DNA of 64,000 nucleotides from positions 110,695 through 174,694 of IMG/VR virus record IMGVR_UViG_3300017917_003388. One strand, given 5' to 3'. A program made the translations under genes and the position numbers. Of this stretch, positions 31,295 to 41,868 are shown one piece after another. The notes beneath the pieces are model-generated. The model was not told the DNA's origin, did not search any database, and was given only the letters and a program-made list of their open reading frames with translations. Within the stretch, counting starts at the first letter, position 1. Each line of letters opens with the position of its first letter. Source of the stretch: a virus.

Positions 31295-33136
31295 TTAAAA
31301 TGATGAACATCTTCCTGATATATCAGTTGATGGGTATTTTATTTCAAAAATCATAGGGTCTAAAGATGGATAAACAACATTATTCTTAGTAGCTCCAGAT
31401 ATATCATAAGCATATTTAGAATAACCTATATTTTCTCCAGTTTTATTAGTTATATTTACTGATTTAACAGTTTGTACTCCATCTATCTTATCTAACAATA
31501 TATATATTTCTTTAAGCATTATCGGTTGATTTATTTGCCATTTGGATATATCAAAATAATTTTGAAGAGCTGTTATACAGTTTGTTAATACCTCATTAGT
31601 ATTATAATTAGGTAATATTATTATATCAAAATCTACACCTATATTTATAATAAATGCATCTTTTATATTTATTGAATCATTTACCATTCTATATTGTGAT
31701 AAATAAGTAGATAAATTTTGTTTAAGTGCAATTGAAGCAGTATTTAGGTTTCCATCTTTATTAAGAGTTAACACATATAAATCCAAAATTCCTTCATTTT
31801 TATTAGATGATGAATTTCTAATTTTAGTAGGTTCAATATATGCTTTAAATATACTTCCATATTTTGAAGGCATACTCAATGATCTTACCAAATAATCATT
31901 TGGGATTACATTTCTTAATTGAGAAGCAAAATTCATTGATGAATTTTGTCTTATTTCCTGAATTGTATCACCATCACCTCCTCCAGAAGCTGCTTCTGGA
32001 TTAGTAACAGCTAATGAATTGAATATATCATTAGCAGTTATATTATTTAAATTATATTTTAAAAATGATATATCACCATTGATATTAGTTAATGTATTTG
32101 AAGAAACATTAGATGATACTCCACCTCCTGTTAAATATCTAAATGTTAATACTGTATTGGATGGAGAAATACCATATGTTTTAGTATATAAAAAATTAGA
32201 TGGAGAAAAGGCAGTAGTTAATTTAGTTTGTTCAAATGGTAATCCTAATCCTATGTTATCCATATTTGGAATTATAGTTTCATCAGTATCTAAACTATTC
32301 CCTGCACCAAATTGGATTTGTAATGTTGTTGAATTTTTAAATCTAGTTGTAAATCTATATTGGGTTTTTTTAAGTTTTAATAAATATGGTGTGTCATTAT
32401 ATATATATAAATTAGGATCATTAATATTTGTGTTTTTAATAGAATCAAAAACCATTTCTTGACCTAAATAATCTACTTCATTCCATGTATTTCCTTCACT
32501 ATCTATAACATCTAAAATACCTATTATGTTTGAAGCATTTATTTCTACTGTAGGAAATGGGGTAGGAGAACCAAAACTAAATGTTGTTGTATTAATAGTA
32601 GATGATATTGCTTTTCTAGTTTTTTTAAGTAAAAAATAAGTAGGATTACCAGCTGATATTTCATATACAGATATTTCTGTTGGGTCTAAAGAACTAGATG
32701 ATGAAAAATCAACAGGTTCTTCAATCAAAAATGATATACCATTTGAATCTGATACTGTAGAATTTGAATTTATAAATAAAGCATAATCAAAATCAGGAAC
32801 ATATTCAGAGCCAGATAATATTGATGGAATTTTTTGATATAAATCTATGTTTGTAGTAGCAACTCCTGTTACTTTTGGTTTATAACCAAACATATATGCT
32901 AATTCAAATAAATTATTAGATTGTCTAGCGAATTGTAAATAATTTTCTTGAATCTGGTTATCTAAATAAAATGATAATACATCACCAACATATGCTGACA
33001 TTTCTAAGAACATCATTCCTGGAGATGCAGGAGTAAAATCATTATATGTAGTTGGAAAATATGTTTTAGCATAATCTATCAGATTAGCTCTAAATTCCGA
33101 AAAATCTTTATTTATATATTTTATATTTTTATTCAT
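31295..33136 (-). CDS. Baseplate wedge protein (T4 gp6/J-like)
   Basis: KDF..FR.NLI, SAYVGDVLSFY.D, LAY.FGYKP, ASGGGDGDT..EIR. Confidence 0.85.
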   Translation of the reverse strand: MNKNIKYINKDFSEFRANLIDYAKTYFPTTYNDFTPASPGMMFLEMSAYVGDVLSFYLDNQIQENYLQFARQSNNLFELAYMFGYKPKVTGVATTNIDLYQKIPSILSGSEYVPDFDYALFINSNSTVSDSNGISFLIEEPVDFSSSSSLDPTEISVYEISAGNPTYFLLKKTRKAISSTINTTTFSFGSPTPFPTVEINASNIIGILDVIDSEGNTWNEVDYLGQEMVFDSIKNTNINDPNLYIYNDTPYLLKLKKTQYRFTTRFKNSTTLQIQFGAGNSLDTDETIIPNMDNIGLGLPFEQTKLTTAFSPSNFLYTKTYGISPSNTVLTFRYLTGGGVSSNVSSNTLTNINGDISFLKYNLNNITANDIFNSLAVTNPEAASGGGDGDTIQEIRQNSSMNFASQLRNVIPNDYLVRSLSMPSKYGSIFKAYIEPTKIRNSSSNKNEGILDLYVLTLNKDGNLNTASIALKQNLSTYLSQYRMVNDSINIKDAFIINIGVDFDIIILPNYNTNEVLTNCITALQNYFDISKWQINQPIMLKEIYILLDKIDGVQTVKSVNITNKTGENIGYSKYAYDISGATKNNVVYPSLDPMIFEIKYPSTDISGRCSSF

Positions 33137-33138
33137 TA

Positions 33139-33546
33139 TTATGAAAATATTATATTTATATCATCTTCAATTCCAGTATTTAATATAGAATAATATAATT
33201 GTATATTAATTTCATTATAATCTGGAAGTTTGTCTATTGTTATTTTGTTTATTTTTATATTATTAAAATATTGTTCTAACATATATTGAATGTTAGTTTC
33301 TAAATCATCTAAATTATCATTGGTTATTTGTTCAAATATAAAAGCTCTTAAATTAGCCCCAAATAAGTTATTTAAGTATCTTTCATTTTTATTGGTTAAA
33401 AATAAATTTAATAGATTATTTCTAATAGCATCTTTAGTAGTGTATGTAGAAAAAAATACACCAGGAGCATTAAAAGGGATAGATACACCAATGGCTGTAC
33501 CAGGTTTAAGATCTATAGGATATATTTTTTTATTACCAAAAGCCAT
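33139..33546 (-). CDS. Baseplate wedge subunit gp25-like
   Basis: IRNNLLNLFLTNKNER....FGANL..FIFE. Confidence 0.85.
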   Translation of the reverse strand: MAFGNKKIYPIDLKPGTAIGVSIPFNAPGVFFSTYTTKDAIRNNLLNLFLTNKNERYLNNLFGANLRAFIFEQITNDNLDDLETNIQYMLEQYFNNIKINKITIDKLPDYNEINIQLYYSILNTGIEDDINIIFS

Positions 33547-33549
33547 ATG

Positions 33550-33894
33550 TTATCTATTCAATAATGCATTTATACTATCTAAACTTAATTGACCACTAGG
33601 TAAAGGACCATTTATCGGATCTACATTTTCATTCAAATTAAATTCTCCTTCTAAACCAGTTTTGGGACCTTTCATCATATCTTCCAAAATATCAGTATAA
33701 GATTGACGCATTTGTGTTGGTGTTAATTGATTTTGATGAGGATTAAAATCTGATTTATGTTGATTATTATTGATATTTTCTTTCAAATATGTTTTATTAT
33801 TATTAATAGCTTCAATAAGTATATTTTTTATCTCATCACGAAATACTTCTCTTACTGATTCTGTTATTATTGTTTTTAATTGTTCTATTTTCAT
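33550..33894 (-). CDS. Hypothetical, MKIEQLKTIITES leader
   Basis: Leader motif shared with putative internal proteins. Confidence 0.5.
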   Translation of the reverse strand: MKIEQLKTIITESVREVFRDEIKNILIEAINNNKTYLKENINNNQHKSDFNPHQNQLTPTQMRQSYTDILEDMMKGPKTGLEGEFNLNENVDPINGPLPSGQLSLDSINALLNR

Positions 33895-33912
33895 AATTAT
33901 AAATATTTTATA

Positions 33913-34713
33913 CTATAAAGCTTCTAAATTATTGTTATCTATTATTAATTTAATTTGTTCAATTAATACATTTGGGGTTGAGGTGAAAGATAAAGGAGTT
34001 TGTAATAATATAATACCTTGTTTATTTCTAGCCACAGCTTTTCGACGACTAACTGTTGGAGAAAAATATTCTTCTAATATATCCAATGTAAATCCTTTAT
34101 ATATATTTTCAACCAATGTATCATTATATTGTTGGTTTATGTTATTTATGTAACTATTAGATGAAATTAAATCATCTGAATTAACCCCACACCTAGTTAA
34201 ATACAAATCTATATTTTTAATTAATGCATATAATTTATATATCACATCATTAGCATAACTTAAAGCCTCAGATATTGAATTAATTTTATTTTTAGCAAGC
34301 TGAATCTTAGGAGATATAATTTCGGTAATATCTTTTAAAGTATTAATAGCTGCTGGAGCAGCACCAGGAGTAACTGGAATAAGGTTTAGAGCTATATTAG
34401 CTGCAATTCGAGCTTTGTTAGTAGTGTCTAAAATAATAGAAGTAGTATCTACTACATTTGATAATGTATTGATTGGTTTACTTAAAATTTCTATAGTATT
34501 AGATGTAGTATTTAATATGTTTAATAATTTATTTCTGGTTTGAGTAATTTTATCTAATTCATCTTTATTAAGACAACTACTAGGCATTATCACATCTTTT
34601 TGTCCTATATTTATTATACCTACAGTATCTGCAATACTCACTATTTGGGGTATTAATTTTTTGATAAGCTTCTGAGTATTATTTAATATTAATATGGGTA
34701 TTTTGTTACTCAT
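33913..34713 (-). CDS. Hypothetical helical tail-module protein
   Basis: Intact ORF in baseplate cluster. Confidence 0.5.
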   Translation of the reverse strand: MSNKIPILILNNTQKLIKKLIPQIVSIADTVGIINIGQKDVIMPSSCLNKDELDKITQTRNKLLNILNTTSNTIEILSKPINTLSNVVDTTSIILDTTNKARIAANIALNLIPVTPGAAPAAINTLKDITEIISPKIQLAKNKINSISEALSYANDVIYKLYALIKNIDLYLTRCGVNSDDLISSNSYINNINQQYNDTLVENIYKGFTLDILEEYFSPTVSRRKAVARNKQGIILLQTPLSFTSTPNVLIEQIKLIIDNNNLEAL

Positions 34714-34716
34714 AAA

Positions 34717-35448
34717 TTATAATGAATTGATAATTTTAGATTGTGATTGTAAATAATTTCTTTGTTTTTCTAAAAGTAATGATTTAACATTTTCAGATGA
34801 TATATTATTAATAATTGGGGTATCTATTTTATCCCAAATTTTAGGTATAGCTTGTTTTATTAAATATTGATCATGTATTGATGGATTATATAATTCATAA
34901 TATATTAAAGCAGGAAATTGATTTTGTTTTGATAATTGAGTATTTTTTTTACTTATTACATATCTTTTATTTCCCCATATAGCTGGATATAATGATGATT
35001 CAGGATAATTATCTAATGATGGTTTATATATATTAGAACGAGGATAAAACATTTGAAGTGTTTGAGTACCAACCCATCCATCAATTTGAACATTAGGGTC
35101 TGTTTTTTGTGTAAATTTTTGGATGGCTATTATATCTTCATTAGTTATAGGATTATTAATTCCTCTATATTTGTTATTAAAAGTAGCCCATATAGATGTG
35201 CGTTTATTTGTATTAAATTCATTTATTAATTCTAAACTAATTTCTTTTTTACCTGAGAGTGAATTTATATCTGTTGAAATTTCTTTATCTTGTATAAATA
35301 AATAAAAAAATGCCCATTTATCTGCTACACTACCCGGAGGGAATTTATTTACATATTCTATATCTAATGGATTATTATTATTCAATACAGGTGCGGTTAA
35401 ATCTACACCTGATGTTACTCCAAATTTATTATCACCTATATTTCCCAT
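34717..35448 (-). CDS. Protein with peptidoglycan-binding-like motif
   Basis: AIQKF....VQIDGWVGTQTL (PG_binding_1-like). Confidence 0.5.
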   Translation of the reverse strand: MGNIGDNKFGVTSGVDLTAPVLNNNNPLDIEYVNKFPPGSVADKWAFFYLFIQDKEISTDINSLSGKKEISLELINEFNTNKRTSIWATFNNKYRGINNPITNEDIIAIQKFTQKTDPNVQIDGWVGTQTLQMFYPRSNIYKPSLDNYPESSLYPAIWGNKRYVISKKNTQLSKQNQFPALIYYELYNPSIHDQYLIKQAIPKIWDKIDTPIINNISSENVKSLLLEKQRNYLQSQSKIINSL

Positions 35449-36717
35449 TTATAAAGTAAAATTTCGTTTTGAAATAAGTGTACAATCTTCATTATTTGTC
35501 CCTATTTGTTTTTCTAAACTTTCCACCACAGATAATATCTTAGATGTAGGAATTAATAATTTAGAAAAACTAACTGGATTTCCTTCTACTGCAGGATCAG
35601 ACTCCATATTTTGTAATAAATTAGTTATTTCTTTTAAAGCACTAGTTAAATCACGTATTACTTGAGAAGTAACATTACCCAACATTAAAGGCTCAGTAGC
35701 TAATTTTTTAATTCCTAAATATGTTTTATCTGAATTAATTATTGTTTCTTTAGTATCTATATTTAATGATTGCTGTGAATTTAAACTTATAGATTTATTA
35801 GAACTAAATAATATACTATCATCATAAGAATTAAATAATAACCTACCAGAATCTAATATTATTTGATTTTTATTATATTTACTTGGTGATATAGGAATAT
35901 CTGTTTCATAACTAGTATAATTTTGGCTAGAAACTGATATTGGTATTACTTGATTATTACATAAATATATAGATGAATCATCATTATTTATATTTTCAAC
36001 TATAGGTTCCCATCCTTCTTCATTTTGTGATCCCTGACCATTACGTATTATTATTATGGGGTTACCATTTTCTTTATTACTAGACCAATTATTTTTACCA
36101 TTATTAACAGTACTTCCTAATCTAATTGAATTTCCAAATCTTCCTTCGTATATTATATCTCCTTCAAATGGTAATAAAGGATGAATATTTGGTTTTTCAT
36201 TAAATGTTTTACCCAAAAATACTCTTTCATTTTCACTATTAACTTGGATAGGTTCAATGGATGTTTGATTATAATTTTTAGATATTGGTTGTAAATATGA
36301 AGGATAAGCATTATGATGAGGATGATTCCATAATGCTATTAAATTTAAATAATATGAATTTAAAGAATTATTATTCTCACCTATATTAGTATTAGGTAAT
36401 GATATTATATATACTAATTCATTTATTAGTGGGTAATTTTTAATATTAGAATAAGACGGATAAGCAACTGGATTATTAGGATTAGAAGGATCAAATTTTT
36501 GTTTTAATGGCTGATTAACTAATTCATATTGTATAGCACCTAAAGATCTCCATCCTCCTAAAGATTTAAATCTAGGATGACTAGCATCTAAAATTATATC
36601 TAATACTCTAACTGGAACTAGATTATTTTCTAAAGAAAGTATTTTTTGAGTATGAAACCCATTTTCTTTATTTAGATTAAAATTTTTATTTAAAGCACTA
36701 AATCCAAAAGAGGTCAT
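35449..36717 (-). CDS. Baseplate hub/spike protein (gp5-like)
   Basis: YPLINELV OB region; EGDIIYEGRFGNSIRLGS; beta-helix repeats; EPLMLG. Confidence 0.65.
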   Translation of the reverse strand: MTSFGFSALNKNFNLNKENGFHTQKILSLENNLVPVRVLDIILDASHPRFKSLGGWRSLGAIQYELVNQPLKQKFDPSNPNNPVAYPSYSNIKNYPLINELVYIISLPNTNIGENNNSLNSYYLNLIALWNHPHHNAYPSYLQPISKNYNQTSIEPIQVNSENERVFLGKTFNEKPNIHPLLPFEGDIIYEGRFGNSIRLGSTVNNGKNNWSSNKENGNPIIIIRNGQGSQNEEGWEPIVENINNDDSSIYLCNNQVIPISVSSQNYTSYETDIPISPSKYNKNQIILDSGRLLFNSYDDSILFSSNKSISLNSQQSLNIDTKETIINSDKTYLGIKKLATEPLMLGNVTSQVIRDLTSALKEITNLLQNMESDPAVEGNPVSFSKLLIPTSKILSVVESLEKQIGTNNEDCTLISKRNFTL

Positions 36718-36719
36718 TT

Positions 36720-37064
36720 TTATTTTATATTTTGTATATCTTTAATTTCTTTTAATAGTTGTGTCTTCTCTTCTTCAGATAAACCTAAATCATTTGAGTT
36801 ATTTCCTCCTCCACTATTATTTAAACATCGTTGTATTATAGTAGCCATTTTAATTAATTGTTCATCATTTTTAACTCCTATTTCTAAATATTCTTTAAGT
36901 AATGGGACTATTAATGTTGCATCTCCTATATTTTCTACTAAAGGTTTTAACTCATCAATTAATGATGAAATCTGTTTTTCTTTCTTTTTTTGATTTGAGT
37001 ATATTTCTTGGAATAAATCTTTAAGTTTTTTATCCCCAAATATGTTAGATTCAAATATATCCAT
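36720..37064 (-). CDS. Conserved helical phage protein
   Basis: VPLLKEYLEIGVKNDEQLIKMA. Confidence 0.5.
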   Translation of the reverse strand: MDIFESNIFGDKKLKDLFQEIYSNQKKKEKQISSLIDELKPLVENIGDATLIVPLLKEYLEIGVKNDEQLIKMATIIQRCLNNSGGGNNSNDLGLSEEEKTQLLKEIKDIQNIK

Positions 37065-37096
37065 GATTTTAAATATTTTTATTATATTTATACATA

Positions 37097-38005
37097 CTAT
37101 ACATTTTGGAATTTTATATAACCGTGTTCTAAATAAAAAATATAATTGTATTTAAAAATATCATATAGTTTATCAGCTATTTTTGTTATTTTAGGAGTTT
37201 TAACATCTATCATTTCTTTAACATATATGTATAATGCTTTTTTATTAAAAATTTCTAATTTATCCCTCATTCTGAATAATTCTAAGATAGAATCAGCAAT
37301 TTTAGCATCTAATTCTTTAGGAAATAATGAGTATATATTTGATGTACAATATTCAACATATAAATCCATAAATAAAGATATTTTATCATTATTTGATAAT
37401 AAAACTTCTTTACTATCATCCAATGAATATGAATAATTTTTATCTTCTTCTAAAATAGTAACAGGTGAAGAAACTATCTTATTTTTATAATTTTTTTCAT
37501 TATATAAAATTAACCATCTTTTTACTATAGTACCAAAATATGAATAAGCTTTAGGTGGAGTTAAAACTTTTAATTTAGATAATATTTCGTCAGAAAGTGA
37601 AATTTGACTTTGTAAAAACTCAATAAAATTATCTATTTGTTGCTGATTTACTTTTAAAGCATAATCTACATATTTTACAAAATCATAATTATATTCTAAA
37701 TTATGTTCTCGTACTAATATTTTTCTAATTCTATCCTGTATATTTTGAGCATGATTATATAAATGTATTTTCTCTAAAAGAAAAATCATTATTTCATGTT
37801 GTAAATCTTCAATATTTTCTACTTCTGTATGATAGAATTTAAACGTATGGATTATATTTTGTGTAAGTTTAAAAAAAGGATAATTTATATATTGTTCATA
37901 TATTTTACTTTTCAATATTGTGTCATCTGTATTATTATACCTTATGATGGCATCTTCGGTTTCCTGAGTGAAATAGTTATTATTTTTCTTCTTCGCCATA
38001 AACAT
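37097..38005 (-). CDS. Phage sigma factor (gp55/sigma70 region-2-like)
   Basis: NYFT....AI..YN; EDLQHE...LLEK; KAYSYFGTI.KR.LI..N. Confidence 0.7.
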   Translation of the reverse strand: MFMAKKKNNNYFTQETEDAIIRYNNTDDTILKSKIYEQYINYPFFKLTQNIIHTFKFYHTEVENIEDLQHEIMIFLLEKIHLYNHAQNIQDRIRKILVREHNLEYNYDFVKYVDYALKVNQQQIDNFIEFLQSQISLSDEILSKLKVLTPPKAYSYFGTIVKRWLILYNEKNYKNKIVSSPVTILEEDKNYSYSLDDSKEVLLSNNDKISLFMDLYVEYCTSNIYSLFPKELDAKIADSILELFRMRDKLEIFNKKALYIYVKEMIDVKTPKITKIADKLYDIFKYNYIFYLEHGYIKFQNV

Positions 38006-38270
38006 TTATATAAAAATTATAGATTTGTTGTTGCATTTTGTTAATATATTTAAAAAAGAAACCTATTTCATCGTCACTATTAAATGTTCCTCTTTGGTCT
38101 ATTTCTTTAAGCTTAATATTTGTTTCTTTTACATTATTGTATAATATATACATTTGCTTATCATAAGATAATATAATTTCTTCACATTTTTTATTTTTTC
38201 TAAATAAATTAAAAGTTGTATATGATAATAATATAACTAATAATGTTAAAATAATAATTAATAAATTCAT
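37980..38270 (-). CDS. Membrane-anchored hypothetical
   Basis: N-terminal TM; F.SDDEIG.FF. Confidence 0.5.
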   Translation of the reverse strand: MNLLIIILTLLVILLSYTTFNLFRKNKKCEEIILSYDKQMYILYNNVKETNIKLKEIDQRGTFNSDDEIGFFFKYINKMQQQIYNFYINVYGEEEK

Positions 38271-38353
38271 AGTTTGATTTTTATAAATTAAAAAAGGTTA
38301 TGTTTTTTCAAACATAACCTGAATATAATGATGTTATTTTTGATAATCAAATC

Positions 38354-39148
38354 TTATTTATCTGATTTAAAAAAATTGTTTATCACACCTTCTAAACCTG
38401 GTGTTGGTGTTATATTAGATAAAGCTTTGACTTTAATTGATGGGGATTTTTCTTTTGATTTATCTACTGATTTAACACTAGGTTTATCTTCTTTAAATTT
38501 TGGCAACCATTCTTTTTCAAATTCAATACGTGATGCCATTAAATCTGCTTGGTGTAATATATATGGTAAACAAGTTCTAGGTTTTTGTTCAGGTAAATAT
38601 GGTGATAAGTATTTTTTATTTCCTTCATCATATAAACCATCATGTGTTTGTATAGCTACCATTTCATTGAAAGTATAAGGAACACCATTTGATTGAAGTA
38701 TAAATAGTGATCTATCTGGCACTGAAGCAAATGGTATTTTATTATTGAAGGTGTAATCTTCACCTAATTTTTCTTTTCTCCATTGATCAGTTTGGGGAAT
38801 ATATGATTCATTTTCTTCATCTCCTATTTTCCCTAAATCATGATTTAAAGCTGAAAATATTAGTTCTTCTCTAGTAAATGAAGTCATATTTGCTCCTTCT
38901 TCTTCCCAAATTGATGCTATTTTTAATGAACATCTTATTACTCTAAGTATATGATCTACATATCCTCCTGGGAATGCATTATGGTATTCTTTTTTATAAG
39001 ATGCTGGCATCATTATTATTCTATCTGAATAATTATTATATAATTCTAATAATTTTTCTTTCCTAGGAGAAGAAAATTCATTATGAATGATATCTATTAA
39101 ATCATTCCAATTTTTTTCAATTTGTTCAGCTGTTAATTTATTTGTCAT
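38354..39148 (-). CDS. HD-domain phosphohydrolase (YhaM-like)
   Basis: PAS...YHNAFPGGYVDH, NHDLGK, THDG, LHQAD. Confidence 0.85.
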   Translation of the reverse strand: MTNKLTAEQIEKNWNDLIDIIHNEFSSPRKEKLLELYNNYSDRIIMMPASYKKEYHNAFPGGYVDHILRVIRCSLKIASIWEEEGANMTSFTREELIFSALNHDLGKIGDEENESYIPQTDQWRKEKLGEDYTFNNKIPFASVPDRSLFILQSNGVPYTFNEMVAIQTHDGLYDEGNKKYLSPYLPEQKPRTCLPYILHQADLMASRIEFEKEWLPKFKEDKPSVKSVDKSKEKSPSIKVKALSNITPTPGLEGVINNFFKSDK

Positions 39149-39153
39149 ATTAA

Positions 39154-39342
39154 TTAATAATTTTCTGGTCCAACAAAAGGTTCAGATTCAATATATAATA
39201 CACATTGATCTAGTTGTTGTTTAAGTTTGTCTAAAGTTTCATAATACTTTTCTTTATTATTTTGGTTAACAAACATATTTAAATGAGTAATAGTAGACTC
39301 CATTTGATTTAATTTATGCAAAACTGCGTTTCTATTTTTCAT
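39154..39342 (-). CDS. Hypothetical protein
   Basis: Short ORF. Confidence 0.45.
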   Translation of the reverse strand: MKNRNAVLHKLNQMESTITHLNMFVNQNNKEKYYETLDKLKQQLDQCVLYIESEPFVGPENY

Positions 39343-39410
39343 AATTTTTGTTTTTAATTATATAAAAATTAATTGTGGAAATCAAATTTAATTATATTTA
39401 TAAATAAAAA

Positions 39411-39947
39411 ATGAAAATATCTACTTTTATCCTAATATTGATAATAAGTTGTGGATTGATGATAGATTTTACTAATAAAAAAATATATGGAGATACTGTA
39501 TCTATGCAATACTATTTTGATATAGATCAACCACCTCCTTTAATTTTAGACTCTGATTCTAATTTTAGATTACAACCATTAGTCGAAAATATAGATTTAA
39601 AAGGATATGAAATTGTTTTATCACTGAAACTATATTATAAAGATAAAATGGTAAAACCACTAGATGTTAAAAAAGGACCACCAATAGATGGATACTGCTC
39701 AGATTCTACAATAATAATGTTTAAATTTGATGATTTGGACTCTATTAAATTAGGGAGTGTAAAAAGAATGAGTTGTAAAATATTAGCTATATTTAATTTA
39801 CAAAAATCTGATAATATTAAGTTAAAAACTAAAACATTAGATAAAATATCTATAACTAATTATGTTACTGAAAATAGATATGATTTTGTAATAAAAGACA
39901 AAACATATTTTAATAGATGGATAACTAAATACAATAGTTGGAGATAA
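39411..39947 (+). CDS. Secreted/lipoprotein-like hypothetical; only convincing plus-strand gene
   Basis: Hydrophobic N-terminus ending ISCG; fills a gap between minus-strand genes. Confidence 0.6.
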   Translation: MKISTFILILIISCGLMIDFTNKKIYGDTVSMQYYFDIDQPPPLILDSDSNFRLQPLVENIDLKGYEIVLSLKLYYKDKMVKPLDVKKGPPIDGYCSDSTIIMFKFDDLDSIKLGSVKRMSCKILAIFNLQKSDNIKLKTKTLDKISITNYVTENRYDFVIKDKTYFNRWITKYNSWR

Positions 39948-39948
39948 C

Positions 39949-40134
39949 GTTGTCCATGTTGTCCACGTTGTCCACGTTGTCCATGTTGTCCACGTTGTCC
40001 ACGTTGTCCATGTTGTCCACGTTGTCCACGTTGTCCACGTTGTCCACGTTGTCCACGTTGTCCACGTTGTCCATGTTGTCCATGTTGTCCATGTTGTCCA
40101 TGTTGTCCATGTTGTCCATGTTGTCCATGTTGTC
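39949..40134. repeat. Tandem 9-bp repeat GTTGTCCA(C/T), ~20.7 copies
   Basis: Directly visible: 10 GTTGTCCAC and 10 GTTGTCCAT units plus a partial unit. Confidence 0.97.
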
Positions 40135-40203
40135 TTTATATCTTATCATCCAATGTTGTCATACTAACCCGTAGTATGAAATATACATTAAAGAGTAAGG
40201 AAA

Positions 40204-40653
40204 TCAAGTTTTATTTTTACCTAAAAATTCTTCAACTTTAATTTTAATATTTTGTAATAATGAACATTTTTCATAATGTTCTAATTTTTCAAAATAATCA
40301 ATTGATATGTTTATATTATGTAATAGATAAAATGTGGATTTTTTTGAAATACAATCTATATGGAATACATTATTGGTATCTATATTTTTAATATAATTCC
40401 ATGCTTTATCAAACATATATTTATTTTTTAACAATAAAATATTGTCTTTATCATTATTTAATTTTGTATTTTTTATAGCATTTTTAATTAATTCTTCAAA
40501 ATATTTCTCATTAGATATTATTTTATTAAATCCATTTATCCAATATAATGGATGATTTGAAAAATCAATGGGTAATGTTTCATCATTATCATCATTATTT
40601 GATATGATGTTATCATCTATGTGAGTAAAAATTTTAAATATATCTAAATTCAT
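40204..40653 (-). CDS. Hypothetical with UVR-like C-terminal helix
   Basis: YFEKLEHYEKCSLL. Confidence 0.5.
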   Translation of the reverse strand: MNLDIFKIFTHIDDNIISNNDDNDETLPIDFSNHPLYWINGFNKIISNEKYFEELIKNAIKNTKLNNDKDNILLLKNKYMFDKAWNYIKNIDTNNVFHIDCISKKSTFYLLHNINISIDYFEKLEHYEKCSLLQNIKIKVEEFLGKNKT

Positions 40654-40834
40654 ATTTTAAAAATATTAAAAAAATATTAAATAAATTTTTTAAAAACTTA
40701 AATTATATATTTTAATAAAGTCTATGTTAAAAGATTTAAAGTTAATATAAATTTTTATTTTAATTAAAATATTAAAAATAAAAAAAGCCTCATATTTTAT
40801 TATAAATATAAGGCTTCTAATTGTATTATACTAA

Positions 40835-41353
40835 TTAAAATATTAAATATTGTTTCCAATCTTCTTTATTTTTATATACTCTACTTATGAAATAGAAAGG
40901 ATTAGGTCTAAATGGTTTAATATTTAATTTCATACCTGCTTGTTCTGGTGTTTTGTCACCTTTCTTTAAATTACATGGAAAACAACATGTTACTAGATTT
41001 TCCCATGTATTTAATCCTCCTTTAGATCTAGGATCTATGTGGTCTAAAGTTAGATTTTTAGTTGATCCACAATAAGCACATTTATTATCGTCTCGTTTAA
41101 ATATATTTTCTCTTGAAAGTACAATTTTTCTATGAGGAACATAAACATATTTAGTTAAACGAATAACTGAAGGTTTATGGTATTTGTTGATACTAGTATC
41201 TAAAGTTATTCCTGTATCTTCTATTATTTCTGCTTTACCTTTCCAAACTAATTTAAAAGCTTGTTTGAAAGTAGTAACATTTATTGGTAGAAAATCAGCA
41301 TTTAAAACTAATATCATTGAGTTTTTTTTATTATAACTCTTTAAATTTTTCAT
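40835..41353 (-). CDS. HNH endonuclease (McrA-like family)
   Basis: LVLNADF.P, PSVIRL, RDDNKCAYCG, TLDHI.PRSKGG..TWENLVTCC..CN..KG. Confidence 0.9.
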   Translation of the reverse strand: MKNLKSYNKKNSMILVLNADFLPINVTTFKQAFKLVWKGKAEIIEDTGITLDTSINKYHKPSVIRLTKYVYVPHRKIVLSRENIFKRDDNKCAYCGSTKNLTLDHIDPRSKGGLNTWENLVTCCFPCNLKKGDKTPEQAGMKLNIKPFRPNPFYFISRVYKNKEDWKQYLIF

Positions 41354-41396
41354 AATTTCATATTTATATTAAAATATATTTATTATAATTATTTAG

Positions 41397-41469
41397 TACC
41401 CAATGTAGGATTCGAACCTACAAAAACTTGTTCCTAAGACAAGTGTGTCTTCCTTTCCACCAATTGGGT
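41397..41469 (-). tRNA. tRNA-Leu(UAG), short variable loop
   Basis: ACCCAAT/ATTGGGT acceptor, CTTGT-CTTAGGA-ACAAG, GGTTCGAATCC. Confidence 0.85.
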
Positions 41470-41474
41470 ATTAG

Positions 41475-41546
41475 TACACCGTATAGGACTCGAACCTATA
41501 TTAAAAGTTCCGTAGACTTCCGTTCTTCCAATTGAACTAACAGTGC
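41475..41546 (-). tRNA. tRNA-Arg(ACG)
   Basis: Cloverleaf, loop CTACGGA. Confidence 0.85.
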
Positions 41547-41551
41547 ATGTG

Positions 41552-41627
41552 GGTATTATGTGGGATTCGAACCCACGACCTCTAGTGCCACAAACTAGCG
41601 CTCTTATCCATCTGAGCTAATAACACC
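41552..41627 (-). tRNA. tRNA-His(GUG)
   Basis: G-1/C73, loop TTGTGGC. Confidence 0.92.
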
Positions 41628-41632
41628 ATGTG

Positions 41633-41705
41633 TTCTCTTTTGAGGATTCGAACCTACAATTACCTGAGCCAAAATCAAGTGTCCTGCCAATTAGACGAAA
41701 AGAGA
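41633..41705 (-). tRNA. tRNA-Gln(UUG)
   Basis: Loop TTTTGGC; imperfect T stem. Confidence 0.8.
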
Positions 41706-41711
41706 GTATAG

Positions 41712-41785
41712 AGGTAAAGGTAAGATTCGAACTTACGTAATTTTGTTTTGCAAACAAATGCCTAAACCACTCAAGCCACTTTACC
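41712..41785 (-). tRNA. tRNA-Cys(GCA)
   Basis: Loop TTGCAAA, U73. Confidence 0.88.
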
Positions 41786-41789
41786 ATTG

Positions 41790-41863
41790 AGCTTCATATC
41801 GGGATCGAACCAATTCTATTTCTCATTACAAGTGAGATGCACCACCATTTATGCGTATGAAGC
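41790..41863 (-). tRNA. tRNA-Thr(UGU)
   Basis: Loop CTTGTAA. Confidence 0.85.
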
Positions 41864-41868
41864 TTATG

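Noticed and set aside
39949-40134. CRISPR array or confident protein-coding repeat
   Set aside because: Pure 9-bp tandem repeat without spacers; ORFs on both strands arise trivially from a stop-free unit.
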